The position numbers and the translations under genes were made by a program. A stretch of DNA of 64,000 bases from assembly GCA_020722765.1 (NCBI GenBank), contig DYKD01000008.1, forward strand, positions 1,304 to 65,303. Reading direction: 5' to 3'. Of this stretch, positions 10,406 to 18,706 are shown piece after piece. Each line of letters opens with the position of its first letter. The first letter of the stretch is position 1. The stretch is from Brevinema andersonii (GTDB lineage: Bacteria; Spirochaetota; DYKD01). The notes beneath the pieces were generated by a model, which searched no databases, had not been told where the DNA came from, and was given only the letters and a program-made list of their open reading frames with translations.

Positions 10406-12068
10406 GGGAAACAATCCTGTTAAAGACAGGTTTTTGGGAAGTGAAATCATCGTCAACAGAAAAATATCCTAACCTGAGAAACTGGAACTTTTCCCCAATC
10501 TGGGCATCTTTCAACGCAGGTTCTGCCACAGCCTTCTCATTCACAGACAAAGAAGCCGGATTTAGGAGATCCGTGAATTCCTTTCCTTCAGGCACATCGT
10601 CAGGATTCTCCTGCATAAATAAATGATCATATAGACGCACTTCGACAGTAACCCCATGCTGAGCTGACACCCAGTGAAGAGTCCCCTGTACGCGCCTGTT
10701 ATCTGCTGTCCCACCACCGCGCGACTCTGGATCATATTCACATCTGATTTCAACAATATTTCCATCCGCATCCTTCACGACATCCTTGCATGTCACATAA
10801 TAAGCATGCTTGAGACGGACTTCCTTGCCTGGAGCCAACCGGAAATATTTAGGTGGGGGGACTTCCTTGAAATCATCCTGCTCAATAAAAATTTCCCTGC
10901 AGAAGGGAACTTTCCGGGTTCCAGAAGAAGGGTCTTCTGGATTGTTCTCACAGTCAAAATACTCAACCTGGTCTTCCGGATAATTTGTTATTACAAGTTT
11001 CACAGGCTGAAGTACGACCATCAGACGTTTGGCTCTCTTGTTCAGATCCTCACGCAGGCAATGTTCCAACAAAGCGATGTCCACAATGGAATTTGCTTTT
11101 GCAACACCTATCCTCCCGCAAAAATCCCGGATGGATTCCGGAGTGTAACCTCTTCTCCTCAGACCTGCAATAGTGGGCATACGTGGATCGTCCCATCCCT
11201 GGACAAAACCTTTTGTTACAAGTGTAAGCAGTTTCCTCTTGCTCATGACTGTATAAGTGAGGTTGAGACGCGCAAATTCAAACTGATGAGGCTTCGTCTT
11301 CCCTTCCCATAACTCGTTAACAAACCAGTCATACAAAGGTCTGTGATCCTCAAACTCAAGCGTACAGATTGAATGCGTTACTTCTTCTATCGCATCAGAC
11401 AAGGGATGCGCAAAATCATACATGGGGTACAAGCACCATTTGTCACCTGTCCGTGGGTGTTCGGCTTTGACAATCCTGTAAATGACAGGATCCCTCATAT
11501 TGATATTCGGTGATGACATGTCAATCTTAGCCCTCAACACACGCATTCCTTCATCAAACTCACCTTTTCTCATACGTTCAAAAAGATCGAGATTCTCTTC
11601 AACACTCCTGTTCCGAAAAGGGCTTTCCTTGCCAGGCTTCACAAGAGACCCACGGTATTCCCTGATCTGATCAGCATTCAAATCACAGACAAAAGCTTTT
11701 CCCTTCTTGATAAGCTTCACAGCCATCTGATAGATTTGTTCATAATAATCAGAAGCATAATAAAGGTGTTTTCCCCAGTCAAAACCGAGCCACCGGACAT
11801 TGTCCTGTATGGAATCAATGTATTCGTTCTCTTCCTTGGCAGGATTCGTATCATCGAACCTGAGATGGCAACGGCCTTTGTAATCCGATGCTATCCCGAA
11901 ATTAAGACAGATTGACTTCGCATGTCCGATATGAAGATAACCGTTCGGCTCAGGAGGAAATCGCGTAACCACGGTATCCATTTTTTTTGCCGCCAGATCA
12001 TCCTCTATGATACTTCTGATAAAATCCCTGGATTTCAATTCAGGTTCTTTTTCGGTAAAGTCACTCAT
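10368..12068 (-). CDS. glnS: Glutaminyl-tRNA synthetase
   Basis: [39 protein letters not shown]. Confidence 0.96.
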   Translation of the reverse strand: MSDFTEKEPELKSRDFIRSIIEDDLAAKKMDTVVTRFPPEPNGYLHIGHAKSICLNFGIASDYKGRCHLRFDDTNPAKEENEYIDSIQDNVRWLGFDWGKHLYYASDYYEQIYQMAVKLIKKGKAFVCDLNADQIREYRGSLVKPGKESPFRNRSVEENLDLFERMRKGEFDEGMRVLRAKIDMSSPNINMRDPVIYRIVKAEHPRTGDKWCLYPMYDFAHPLSDAIEEVTHSICTLEFEDHRPLYDWFVNELWEGKTKPHQFEFARLNLTYTVMSKRKLLTLVTKGFVQGWDDPRMPTIAGLRRRGYTPESIRDFCGRIGVAKANSIVDIALLEHCLREDLNKRAKRLMVVLQPVKLVITNYPEDQVEYFDCENNPEDPSSGTRKVPFCREIFIEQDDFKEVPPPKYFRLAPGKEVRLKHAYYVTCKDVVKDADGNIVEIRCEYDPESRGGGTADNRRVQGTLHWVSAQHGVTVEVRLYDHLFMQENPDDVPEGKEFTDLLNPASLSVNEKAVAEPALKDAQIGEKFQFLRLGYFSVDDDFTSQKPVFNRIVSLKDTWGKMEKKK

Positions 12069-12211
12069 GAAAATTTTCTCCTTATAAAATACGCTGATCA
12101 CAGCTCTTCATTTTTGTCCTCATTTTTTTTGGCTATGACCTTTTCTAGGAATTCTATATACATCCTATGTTAGGAATGATCCGCATATTTTCCTTCAATC
12201 CATCTCCTGGA

Positions 12212-13153
12212 TCAAAGATTGAAATTTATACCTGCATAAAAACGAAGTCCCTCATAATCACCTTTGACCACAGGGATGGAAAGTGCAAAAATCCCTTTCA
12301 ACCCTCTTACAAAACGGACAATCCCTCCGGTTGTCAGATCCAATTGTGTATGCTTCAGACAATAAGCAGTATTAAAAACCTGTAGCCCGTTCAGCTCCAG
12401 AAATATCTTATATCTGAAAATGACAGGCTTGCGTATCAGCCAGTAACTCAGATCGACATTATAGATGATATAATCATCCCTGAAAGGCCATTCACCATAC
12501 GAAGGCCCAGGCCAAAGAAATTTCAAAAAAATCCTGTGCAGATTGAAAAAATAGGATTTAGGGTTCGTCTTCGTATTCCAAGGGTCTTTGGTGATGGGAA
12601 GGAACGATTCCCCAGGATAGGACGCATAAACATAGATAAAATTAAGATACATCTCAAAATCCCCAGGGAATGAACCCAACAGGAATCCCCATCTCAAATC
12701 TTTCAAACCGTTCGAATAAGGAAAAAAGATTCCTTCATACTCGAATTGCTTCACACCAGTAGGATCATTAAACCCCAGATAAAAATTGGAGTAATACCTC
12801 GTGTCAGCCTTCTCCTGAAAAAAAGGAAACTTGAACCATCCCCGTCTTATTTGAAACCGCAAATCAATAAGGATATCACCTAAGGAAGTCTGTTGCATAA
12901 GCGACGGGTCAGTGACTCGGATAATGGGAATCCATCCTGAAAATTCAACCCTTCCGGTCAACCCAATCTGTGGCAAAATCACATATTCCCTAATCACCCG
13001 CGAATTTGTTATTCCTTGGAATTCAGTCAACATGAAACCTAGATTGAACCTGTCCGCATCAATACTATATGACTGTTTGGTAAGAATCTGACTATCGAGT
13101 AATCCGTATGAAAGAAAAAAAAGAATAAGGAAGTATGGAAAAGTCCTTTTCAT
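12212..13153 (-). CDS. Putative outer-membrane beta-barrel protein
   Basis: Signal peptide, aromatic-rich alternating strands, C-terminal LRFYAGINFNL. Confidence 0.55.
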   Translation of the reverse strand: MKRTFPYFLILFFLSYGLLDSQILTKQSYSIDADRFNLGFMLTEFQGITNSRVIREYVILPQIGLTGRVEFSGWIPIIRVTDPSLMQQTSLGDILIDLRFQIRRGWFKFPFFQEKADTRYYSNFYLGFNDPTGVKQFEYEGIFFPYSNGLKDLRWGFLLGSFPGDFEMYLNFIYVYASYPGESFLPITKDPWNTKTNPKSYFFNLHRIFLKFLWPGPSYGEWPFRDDYIIYNVDLSYWLIRKPVIFRYKIFLELNGLQVFNTAYCLKHTQLDLTTGGIVRFVRGLKGIFALSIPVVKGDYEGLRFYAGINFNL

Positions 13154-13261
13154 CCTGTCCCCATAATAAAAGCTTTTCCGCCCTGCTTATCGTCACCTCT
13201 CCTTAGATCATCATGTTCAGGAGAGGTCAGACGATGAGTGACGGGGGGGATCCTGTAGAAA

Positions 13262-13609
13262 CTACCTGTTCACAGTCTCCACGATTTTCTTGAACACTGC
13301 TGGTTCACGTACTGCGATATTGGCAAGTATCTTCCTGTTGACCAGAACCTTTGCCACCCCCAGTTTCTTAATGAACTGGCTGTAGGAAAGTCCCAACTGG
13401 CGAACTGCCGCTCCAAGACGGATAATCCAAAGACCACGCATATCTCGTTTTTTACGTCTGCGATCCTTGTAAGCATCAGCTAATGCATGGAAAACCGCTG
13501 TCCTTGCAACACGGTAATTGTTCTTTCTGCGACCTCTAAAACCCTTGGCCAGTTTCAGGATCTTGTTTCTTCTGCTGTGGTGGGCAGGACCACTTTTTAC
13601 TCTTGGCAT
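13262..13609 (-). CDS. rplT: 50S ribosomal protein L20
   Basis: MPRVK...AKGFRG...DRRRKKRDMRGLWI. Confidence 0.97.
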   Translation of the reverse strand: MPRVKSGPAHHSRRNKILKLAKGFRGRRKNNYRVARTAVFHALADAYKDRRRKKRDMRGLWIIRLGAAVRQLGLSYSQFIKKLGVAKVLVNRKILANIAVREPAVFKKIVETVNR

Positions 13610-13634
13610 GTTTTTTTCTCCTTATATTATCTGA

Positions 13635-13829
13635 TCAACATTCCAACATGCGACGTGTCCGGTTCTCGTCCGAATGATGGACAACGAGACCTTTCCGTAA
13701 CGCACGTTTGCGATCTTGATTCCTTTTTGTGAGGATATGTCTTCGATTCGCCCTTGTCCGCTTTATCTTACCGGACTTCAAAAGTTTGAACCGTTTCTTT
13801 GCTGCTTTAATGCTTTTCATTTTCGGCAT
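13635..13829 (-). CDS. rpmI: 50S ribosomal protein L35
   Basis: MPKMKS..AAKKRFK...HILTK. Confidence 0.96.
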   Translation of the reverse strand: MPKMKSIKAAKKRFKLLKSGKIKRTRANRRHILTKRNQDRKRALRKGLVVHHSDENRTRRMLEC

Positions 13830-14382
13830 GGTTTGACTCCTTCTTCTTATTCTGCTTTTTTACTGGTACGAAAAGCGCCGAGTAGTTCCGTCCTTCCATG
13901 ATCGGGGACGACTCTATCGTCGCATAATCAGCCAGCTTTTCTATGATAATTTTCATCAGCTGCTCTCCAAATTCTCTATGCGTCATCTCACGGCCTTTGA
14001 ACATTACTGTCATCTTTACCTTGTCACCGTGTTGCAGGAAATCGATGGCGTTCTTGAGCTTGAACTCCAGATCGTGTTCCTGAGTCTGAGGCCTTACCTT
14101 GACTTCTTTCAGTTTTGCAACATGCTGCTTCTTCCTTGATTCCTTCACTTTCTTCTCGCGTACGAACTTGAACTTTCCATAATCCATGATCTTGCAGATA
14201 GGTGGCACTGCCTGTGGCTGAATCTCAACAAGATCGAGACCTGCCTCCAAAGCCCTCTGTAAAGCCACATCAATACTGAGGTCTTCTACCTTGCCATCAA
14301 GGTCAATCAACCGGATCTTGTTGTCCTGTGTCCGGATTTCGCGGTTTATCCGCTGTTCATTGCTTTTTTTGAAATTAGAAAT
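13807..14382 (-). CDS. infC: Translation initiation factor IF-3, ATT start codon
   Basis: AAGGAGG-acggtt-ATT gives an in-frame extension including RINREIR...IRLID; PPICKIMDYGKFKF; FKGRE. Confidence 0.93.
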   Translation of the reverse strand: MSNFKKSNEQRINREIRTQDNKIRLIDLDGKVEDLSIDVALQRALEAGLDLVEIQPQAVPPICKIMDYGKFKFVREKKVKESRKKQHVAKLKEVKVRPQTQEHDLEFKLKNAIDFLQHGDKVKMTVMFKGREMTHREFGEQLMKIIIEKLADYATIESSPIMEGRNYSALFVPVKKQNKKKESNHAENEKH

Positions 14383-14398
14383 AACCGTCCTCCTTGGA

Positions 14399-16318
14399 TC
14401 AGCTTTTATTCTTGATCTCTTCCAAAACCATTTTTATGGCGTCTTCTATCTGCATCACTGTCTGTTCATCAGAATCACGTCTTCGCAGGTTGACAGTCCC
14501 CTGCTCAAGTTCCTTGTCTCCTATGACGAACATGACAGGAATCTTTCTCATCTGGCCTTCACGTATCTTGTATCCAAGCTTGTTGTCTGACAGATCAGCT
14601 TCAGCACGGACAAGAGAACCGACCAACTGGTCTCTCAGCTTTATAGCTGCGCCCATCTGCTTCTCGCCGATGGGAATGACTAGGACTTGCACAGGCGACA
14701 ACCATAACGGAAACTTTCCGCTATAGTGTTCAATCAGAGTTCCTACAAACCGTTCCATGGAACCCAGCACAGCCCTGTGAATCATGACCGGAACATGTTC
14801 CTTGCCATCATTTCCGATATATGTCATATTGAATCTGGAGGGGAGATTGAAATCTACCTGTATTGTCGGTCCTTGCCACTCACGACCGATCGCATCCACG
14901 AGCTTGATGTCAATCTTCGGACCGTAAAAAGCTCCACCGCCCTCATCCACGGAATATTCCACTTTATGATGTTCCATGGATTTCCGCAGTGACTCAGTCG
15001 CTTTTTCCCAAAGTTCAAGAGTTCCAACGTACTTTTCAGGTCTAGTGGAAAGCATCACTTTGACGTTTCCAAAACCGAATGTGGTCATCATGTATGATAC
15101 AAGTTCTAACACTCCCACAAGTTCGTTTTCAAGCTGGTCTTCACGGCAGAAGATATGGCCATCATCCTGCGTAAAACCACGGACCCTCAACATGCCATGA
15201 AGCACACCGGATTTCTCATAACGATAGACAGTCCCAAGCTCTGCCCATCTATAAGGCAAATCACGATAACTGCGTATGGCTGTCTTGTAGATCAATATAT
15301 GGAAAGGACAGTTCATAGGTTTGATGATGAAATCCGTTCCATCCACATCGATGGGAGAATACATGTTTTCCGTATAGTTTTCAAGATGACCGCTTATACG
15401 CCAGAGTTCTGAATTTGCAATATGAGGAGAATAGACAAGATGATAACCGCGCTTTGCATGCACTTCACGCCAGAATTGCTCTATCGTATCGCGGATGGCT
15501 GCGCCGTTAGGATGCCAGAAAATAAGACCAGGTCCTGCAGCATCCTGTATGCTGAACAGATCCAACTCTTTACCAAGCTTACGGTGATCACGCTTCTCAG
15601 CCTCTTCCATCCGTTTCTGATAATCCTTCCATTCCTGTTCAGAGGAAAACGCCTCTCCATAGATACGTTGAAGCATCTTGTTCTTCTCATTACCACGCCA
15701 GTATGCGCCAGCAACCTTGAGAAGCTTGATGAACTTCATCCTACCTGTGGAAACAAGATGCGGTCCACGGCAAAGGTCAAAAAAATCACCTTGATGATAA
15801 AAAGACACGACCGCATCAGGAATCTCTTCTATGATTTCGACCTTATAGGGATTCCCTTCATTTTTATAGATGGAAACCGCATCGGCTTTTGCAATCTCCT
15901 TTCTTGTGATTGCCATATTTTCCGAAATGATTTTCCTTATCTCTTCTTCAATCTTTGAAAAATCTTCCTCAGTGAACCTGTGTTCAGAATCAAGGTCATA
16001 GTAGAAACCATCATCAACAGAAGGACCGATAGTCAATTTTGTGGAGGGATACAAGCGCATGATAGCTTGCGCCATGATGTGGGAGGCAGTATGCCTATAA
16101 ACATCCTTGGCAGCCTTATCCTTTAGCTTCAAAAAAAGAATCTTGGAATCCGTGAGTAAAGAGGCGGAAAGATCTGACAAATGTCCGTTCACTTCAGCAA
16201 CAACAGTCTCTTTTTCCAATCCACGGCTTATGGAAGCAGCTATCTGCAGAGGTGTTGTGCCTTTTAGGAATTCCTTCTTGTTTCCATCCGGGAATTCAAT
16301 GAGAATGTTTTCTGACAC
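14399..16318 (-). CDS. thrS: Threonyl-tRNA synthetase (GTG start)
   Basis: TGS domain, DLCRGPH, RDHRKLG, KPMNCP, GAFYGPKID, MIHRAVLGSMERF. Confidence 0.97.
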   Translation of the reverse strand: MSENILIEFPDGNKKEFLKGTTPLQIAASISRGLEKETVVAEVNGHLSDLSASLLTDSKILFLKLKDKAAKDVYRHTASHIMAQAIMRLYPSTKLTIGPSVDDGFYYDLDSEHRFTEEDFSKIEEEIRKIISENMAITRKEIAKADAVSIYKNEGNPYKVEIIEEIPDAVVSFYHQGDFFDLCRGPHLVSTGRMKFIKLLKVAGAYWRGNEKNKMLQRIYGEAFSSEQEWKDYQKRMEEAEKRDHRKLGKELDLFSIQDAAGPGLIFWHPNGAAIRDTIEQFWREVHAKRGYHLVYSPHIANSELWRISGHLENYTENMYSPIDVDGTDFIIKPMNCPFHILIYKTAIRSYRDLPYRWAELGTVYRYEKSGVLHGMLRVRGFTQDDGHIFCREDQLENELVGVLELVSYMMTTFGFGNVKVMLSTRPEKYVGTLELWEKATESLRKSMEHHKVEYSVDEGGGAFYGPKIDIKLVDAIGREWQGPTIQVDFNLPSRFNMTYIGNDGKEHVPVMIHRAVLGSMERFVGTLIEHYSGKFPLWLSPVQVLVIPIGEKQMGAAIKLRDQLVGSLVRAEADLSDNKLGYKIREGQMRKIPVMFVIGDKELEQGTVNLRRRDSDEQTVMQIEDAIKMVLEEIKNKS

Positions 16319-16419
16319 CTTGACCTCGCAAAATAGATGATGGTTGATTGTAGATAGAGGATAGGCGCTCTACACCAGGATTCCAGCTATCAACCATCAA
16401 CGATTCACAATTCACCATG

Positions 16420-16492
16420 TGGGCGATACAGGGTTCGAACCTATGACATCCTGGTTGTGACCCAGGCACTCTACCAACTGAGTTAATCGCCC
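16420..16492 (-). tRNA. tRNA-Val(CAC)
   Basis: GGGCGAT acceptor stem, D-arm, CCTGG-GTCACAA-CCAGG anticodon arm, GGTTCGAACCC; CCA not encoded. Confidence 0.9.
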
Positions 16493-16569
16493 TCTTAGCG
16501 GATAGATGATGGAAGATAAAAGATACTCTTTTTCGACTATCTACTATATGCCATCGACCATCTACAATA

Positions 16570-16642
16570 TGGGCGATACAGGGATCGAACCTATGACCTT
16601 CTGTACGTCAAACAGACGCTCTCCCAGCTGAGCTAATCGCCC
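16570..16642 (-). tRNA. tRNA-Val(GAC)
   Basis: GGGCGAT acceptor stem, TCTGT-TTGACGT-ACAGA anticodon arm, GGTTCGATCCC; CCA not encoded. Confidence 0.93.
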
Positions 16643-16657
16643 AAATAAGTGGAATTT

Positions 16658-16686
16658 ATTATAACAAAAAATGAGGGACTTGTCAA
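16658..16686 (-). promoter_or_regulatory. Consensus sigma70 promoter for the tRNA-Val pair and thrS operon
   Basis: Minus strand TTGACA-N17-TATAAT, perfect consensus. Confidence 0.85.
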
Positions 16687-16796
16687 ATTTTTTATAATCA
16701 GTTAAGCCCAATATCAGAGGTTTTCAAGCAAAAAAGTCTTATTTTATGGTTCTGTAAGAATTTGAGTGGGGAGAAAAAACACATTAGCTACCTTGA

Positions 16797-16932
16797 CATG
16801 CTTTGACCTGGTATCTTCGAGCCAAACAGCCACAGATATGACTATGACCCATTTTCCGATTTGAAGGCAGAAAACATCGATAACCTTCCGTAGACGCAGT
16901 TGGGCAGTTGGCTGGGATAGGGTCGGGTTATG
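16797..16932 (+). ncRNA. Candidate structured ncRNA (rod-like, unclassified)
   Basis: GC-richer island in an AT-rich spacer; ends pair (TTTGACC..TATCTT..AGCCAA / TTGGCT.GGGATA.GGTCGGG); inner stems TGACCCA/TGGGCA and GAAGG/CCTTC. Confidence 0.35.
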
Positions 16933-17002
16933 ATGAATTATACAGCAAGAACTAATTATCTATATGAATGCAATTAAAATATAAAATTTTTTTTACAACT
17001 CC

Positions 17003-17031
17003 TTGACAAAAGGTTAAAAAATGATTATAAT
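17003..17031 (+). promoter_or_regulatory. Consensus sigma70 promoter for the TPR/OmpA gene
   Basis: TTGACA-N17-TATAAT, perfect consensus. Confidence 0.8.
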
Positions 17032-17133
17032 GTAAACATAAAGTTTATTTATTGTTAATTTTATACGAAATAAAGGGACATGAAAAAATTTGTTCTGACA
17101 GTTTCTTGTCAGAACAAAAGGTGGTAATATAAT

Positions 17134-18507
17134 ATGAAGAAGATTCATGTTGTTGTCTTTTTTTTGGTTACAGTTGGAATTCTTACAGTTTCTATGGCTG
17201 ACAACAAGATAGAAGAAGCTAAAAAACTATATAACGAAGGATTAAAATATTATTTAAAACGGGATTTCAAAAACGCCTCACAAGAATGGAATAAGGCATT
17301 GCTTCTTGATAATGAAAATGAGAAAATCAAAGAGTATCTTGACAAAGCCCAGTCTAAATACTATGAATCCTTACAGTTATTTTTTCAGGGCCTTGACGAC
17401 TTCAAACGAGGAAACTATCCAGCCGCTGAAAAGGCATTCCAGGACTCTTTGCTTATCAATCCACTTGATGAAAAGGCAATGTATTATCTCCGGTTATGTT
17501 CTGTTCCAAAAGTAGAGCTTGCTAATACAGATCCTGTTGTAACTGCAAATCAGACTTTTGAAATAACATCTTCTATTAATAAGGAAACCACCGTCCCTGA
17601 CTGGATCGAGAAATGGGAACTTGATTTTTTTGACTCTAAGAAAAAAATCAAGACTATTACCGGACTTTTAGACCCGCCTTCTAAACTGACAGTTGATTTG
17701 CGTGACATCGCAGAAACCCTTTCTGAAACGGAAAAAATAGACTACTCCATGACCCTCATATCCATATATGGAAGGACACACATTGTTTCAACCAATTTCA
17801 TAAAGACAGACAACAAGGGACCGGAAATAACAGTTTCCTCCCCTTCCAATTTTTCGCCAGACACCCTGACAGGACAAAGCAACAAGCTGAATATCAGTTT
17901 CAATGTCAAAGACAAATCAGGTCTCACTAATGTTATTTTACAAATTTACAATGAATCACAGGACAGGATGCTTGGAAGCTTTCCTATAAAAAATCTCAAC
18001 AATTTTCTATGGGACGCACACATCGCTGATGGCTCAAGAATCTCTGGCGGAACAGTCATTTATTACAGGATCAAAGCCATAGACCGGCTGATGAACGAAT
18101 CCCAATCCCCTTTTAAGCGAGTTAGCACTTCGATTGTACTTCAAAAAAGAGAAGACAATACCGTTGCTATGAATCTCCCAAACATAGAATTTGAATTTGG
18201 AAAAGCGAATCTACTGAAATCCTCCTTTACAATTCTAAACAGGGTGGGAGCCATTTTGACTGCATATTCCAATTCTAAATTTGCAATTGAAGGACATACT
18301 GACAATATTGGATCAAAAGACAGAAATATCATATTGTCAAAAATGCGTGCAGAATCTGTTTCAAAATATTTGCAAGATCATTTCAATCTCGGTAATGACC
18401 GTATGATAATCAAAGGCTATGGCGATTCAAAGCCCAAGTTTCCAAATAATACCGAAGAAAACAGAAAGCGCAATCGTCGTGTGGAGGTTGTCATCCTTAA
18501 CCAATAG
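17134..18507 (+). CDS. Exported TPR + Ig-like + OmpA-C peptidoglycan-binding protein
   Basis: Signal peptide, N-terminal TPRs, C-terminal IEFEFGK...IEGHTDNIG...LSKMRAESV...GYGDSKP...NRRVEV. Confidence 0.85.
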   Translation: MKKIHVVVFFLVTVGILTVSMADNKIEEAKKLYNEGLKYYLKRDFKNASQEWNKALLLDNENEKIKEYLDKAQSKYYESLQLFFQGLDDFKRGNYPAAEKAFQDSLLINPLDEKAMYYLRLCSVPKVELANTDPVVTANQTFEITSSINKETTVPDWIEKWELDFFDSKKKIKTITGLLDPPSKLTVDLRDIAETLSETEKIDYSMTLISIYGRTHIVSTNFIKTDNKGPEITVSSPSNFSPDTLTGQSNKLNISFNVKDKSGLTNVILQIYNESQDRMLGSFPIKNLNNFLWDAHIADGSRISGGTVIYYRIKAIDRLMNESQSPFKRVSTSIVLQKREDNTVAMNLPNIEFEFGKANLLKSSFTILNRVGAILTAYSNSKFAIEGHTDNIGSKDRNIILSKMRAESVSKYLQDHFNLGNDRMIIKGYGDSKPKFPNNTEENRKRNRRVEVVILNQ

Positions 18508-18706
18508 TCCTATTCCTTTTCAGCTTTGATTGTTTCTGCCATATGTGTCACACCCTCCAAGCTAAAAAAGAATGACAAAGCATAGAACAATATCAGAATT
18601 GTTCCATGAAAAGGATTGCATTAACAATCCATTCGAATGGCTTAAAAAAGATCTTATGGTGTCATAATCGTGCTATGACGACCTATTAGGACTTGAAGGA
18701 GACTTT

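Noticed and set aside
16319-16419. T-box leader for thrS
   Set aside because: The spacer is only 100 bp, with no T-box consensus or specifier stem.
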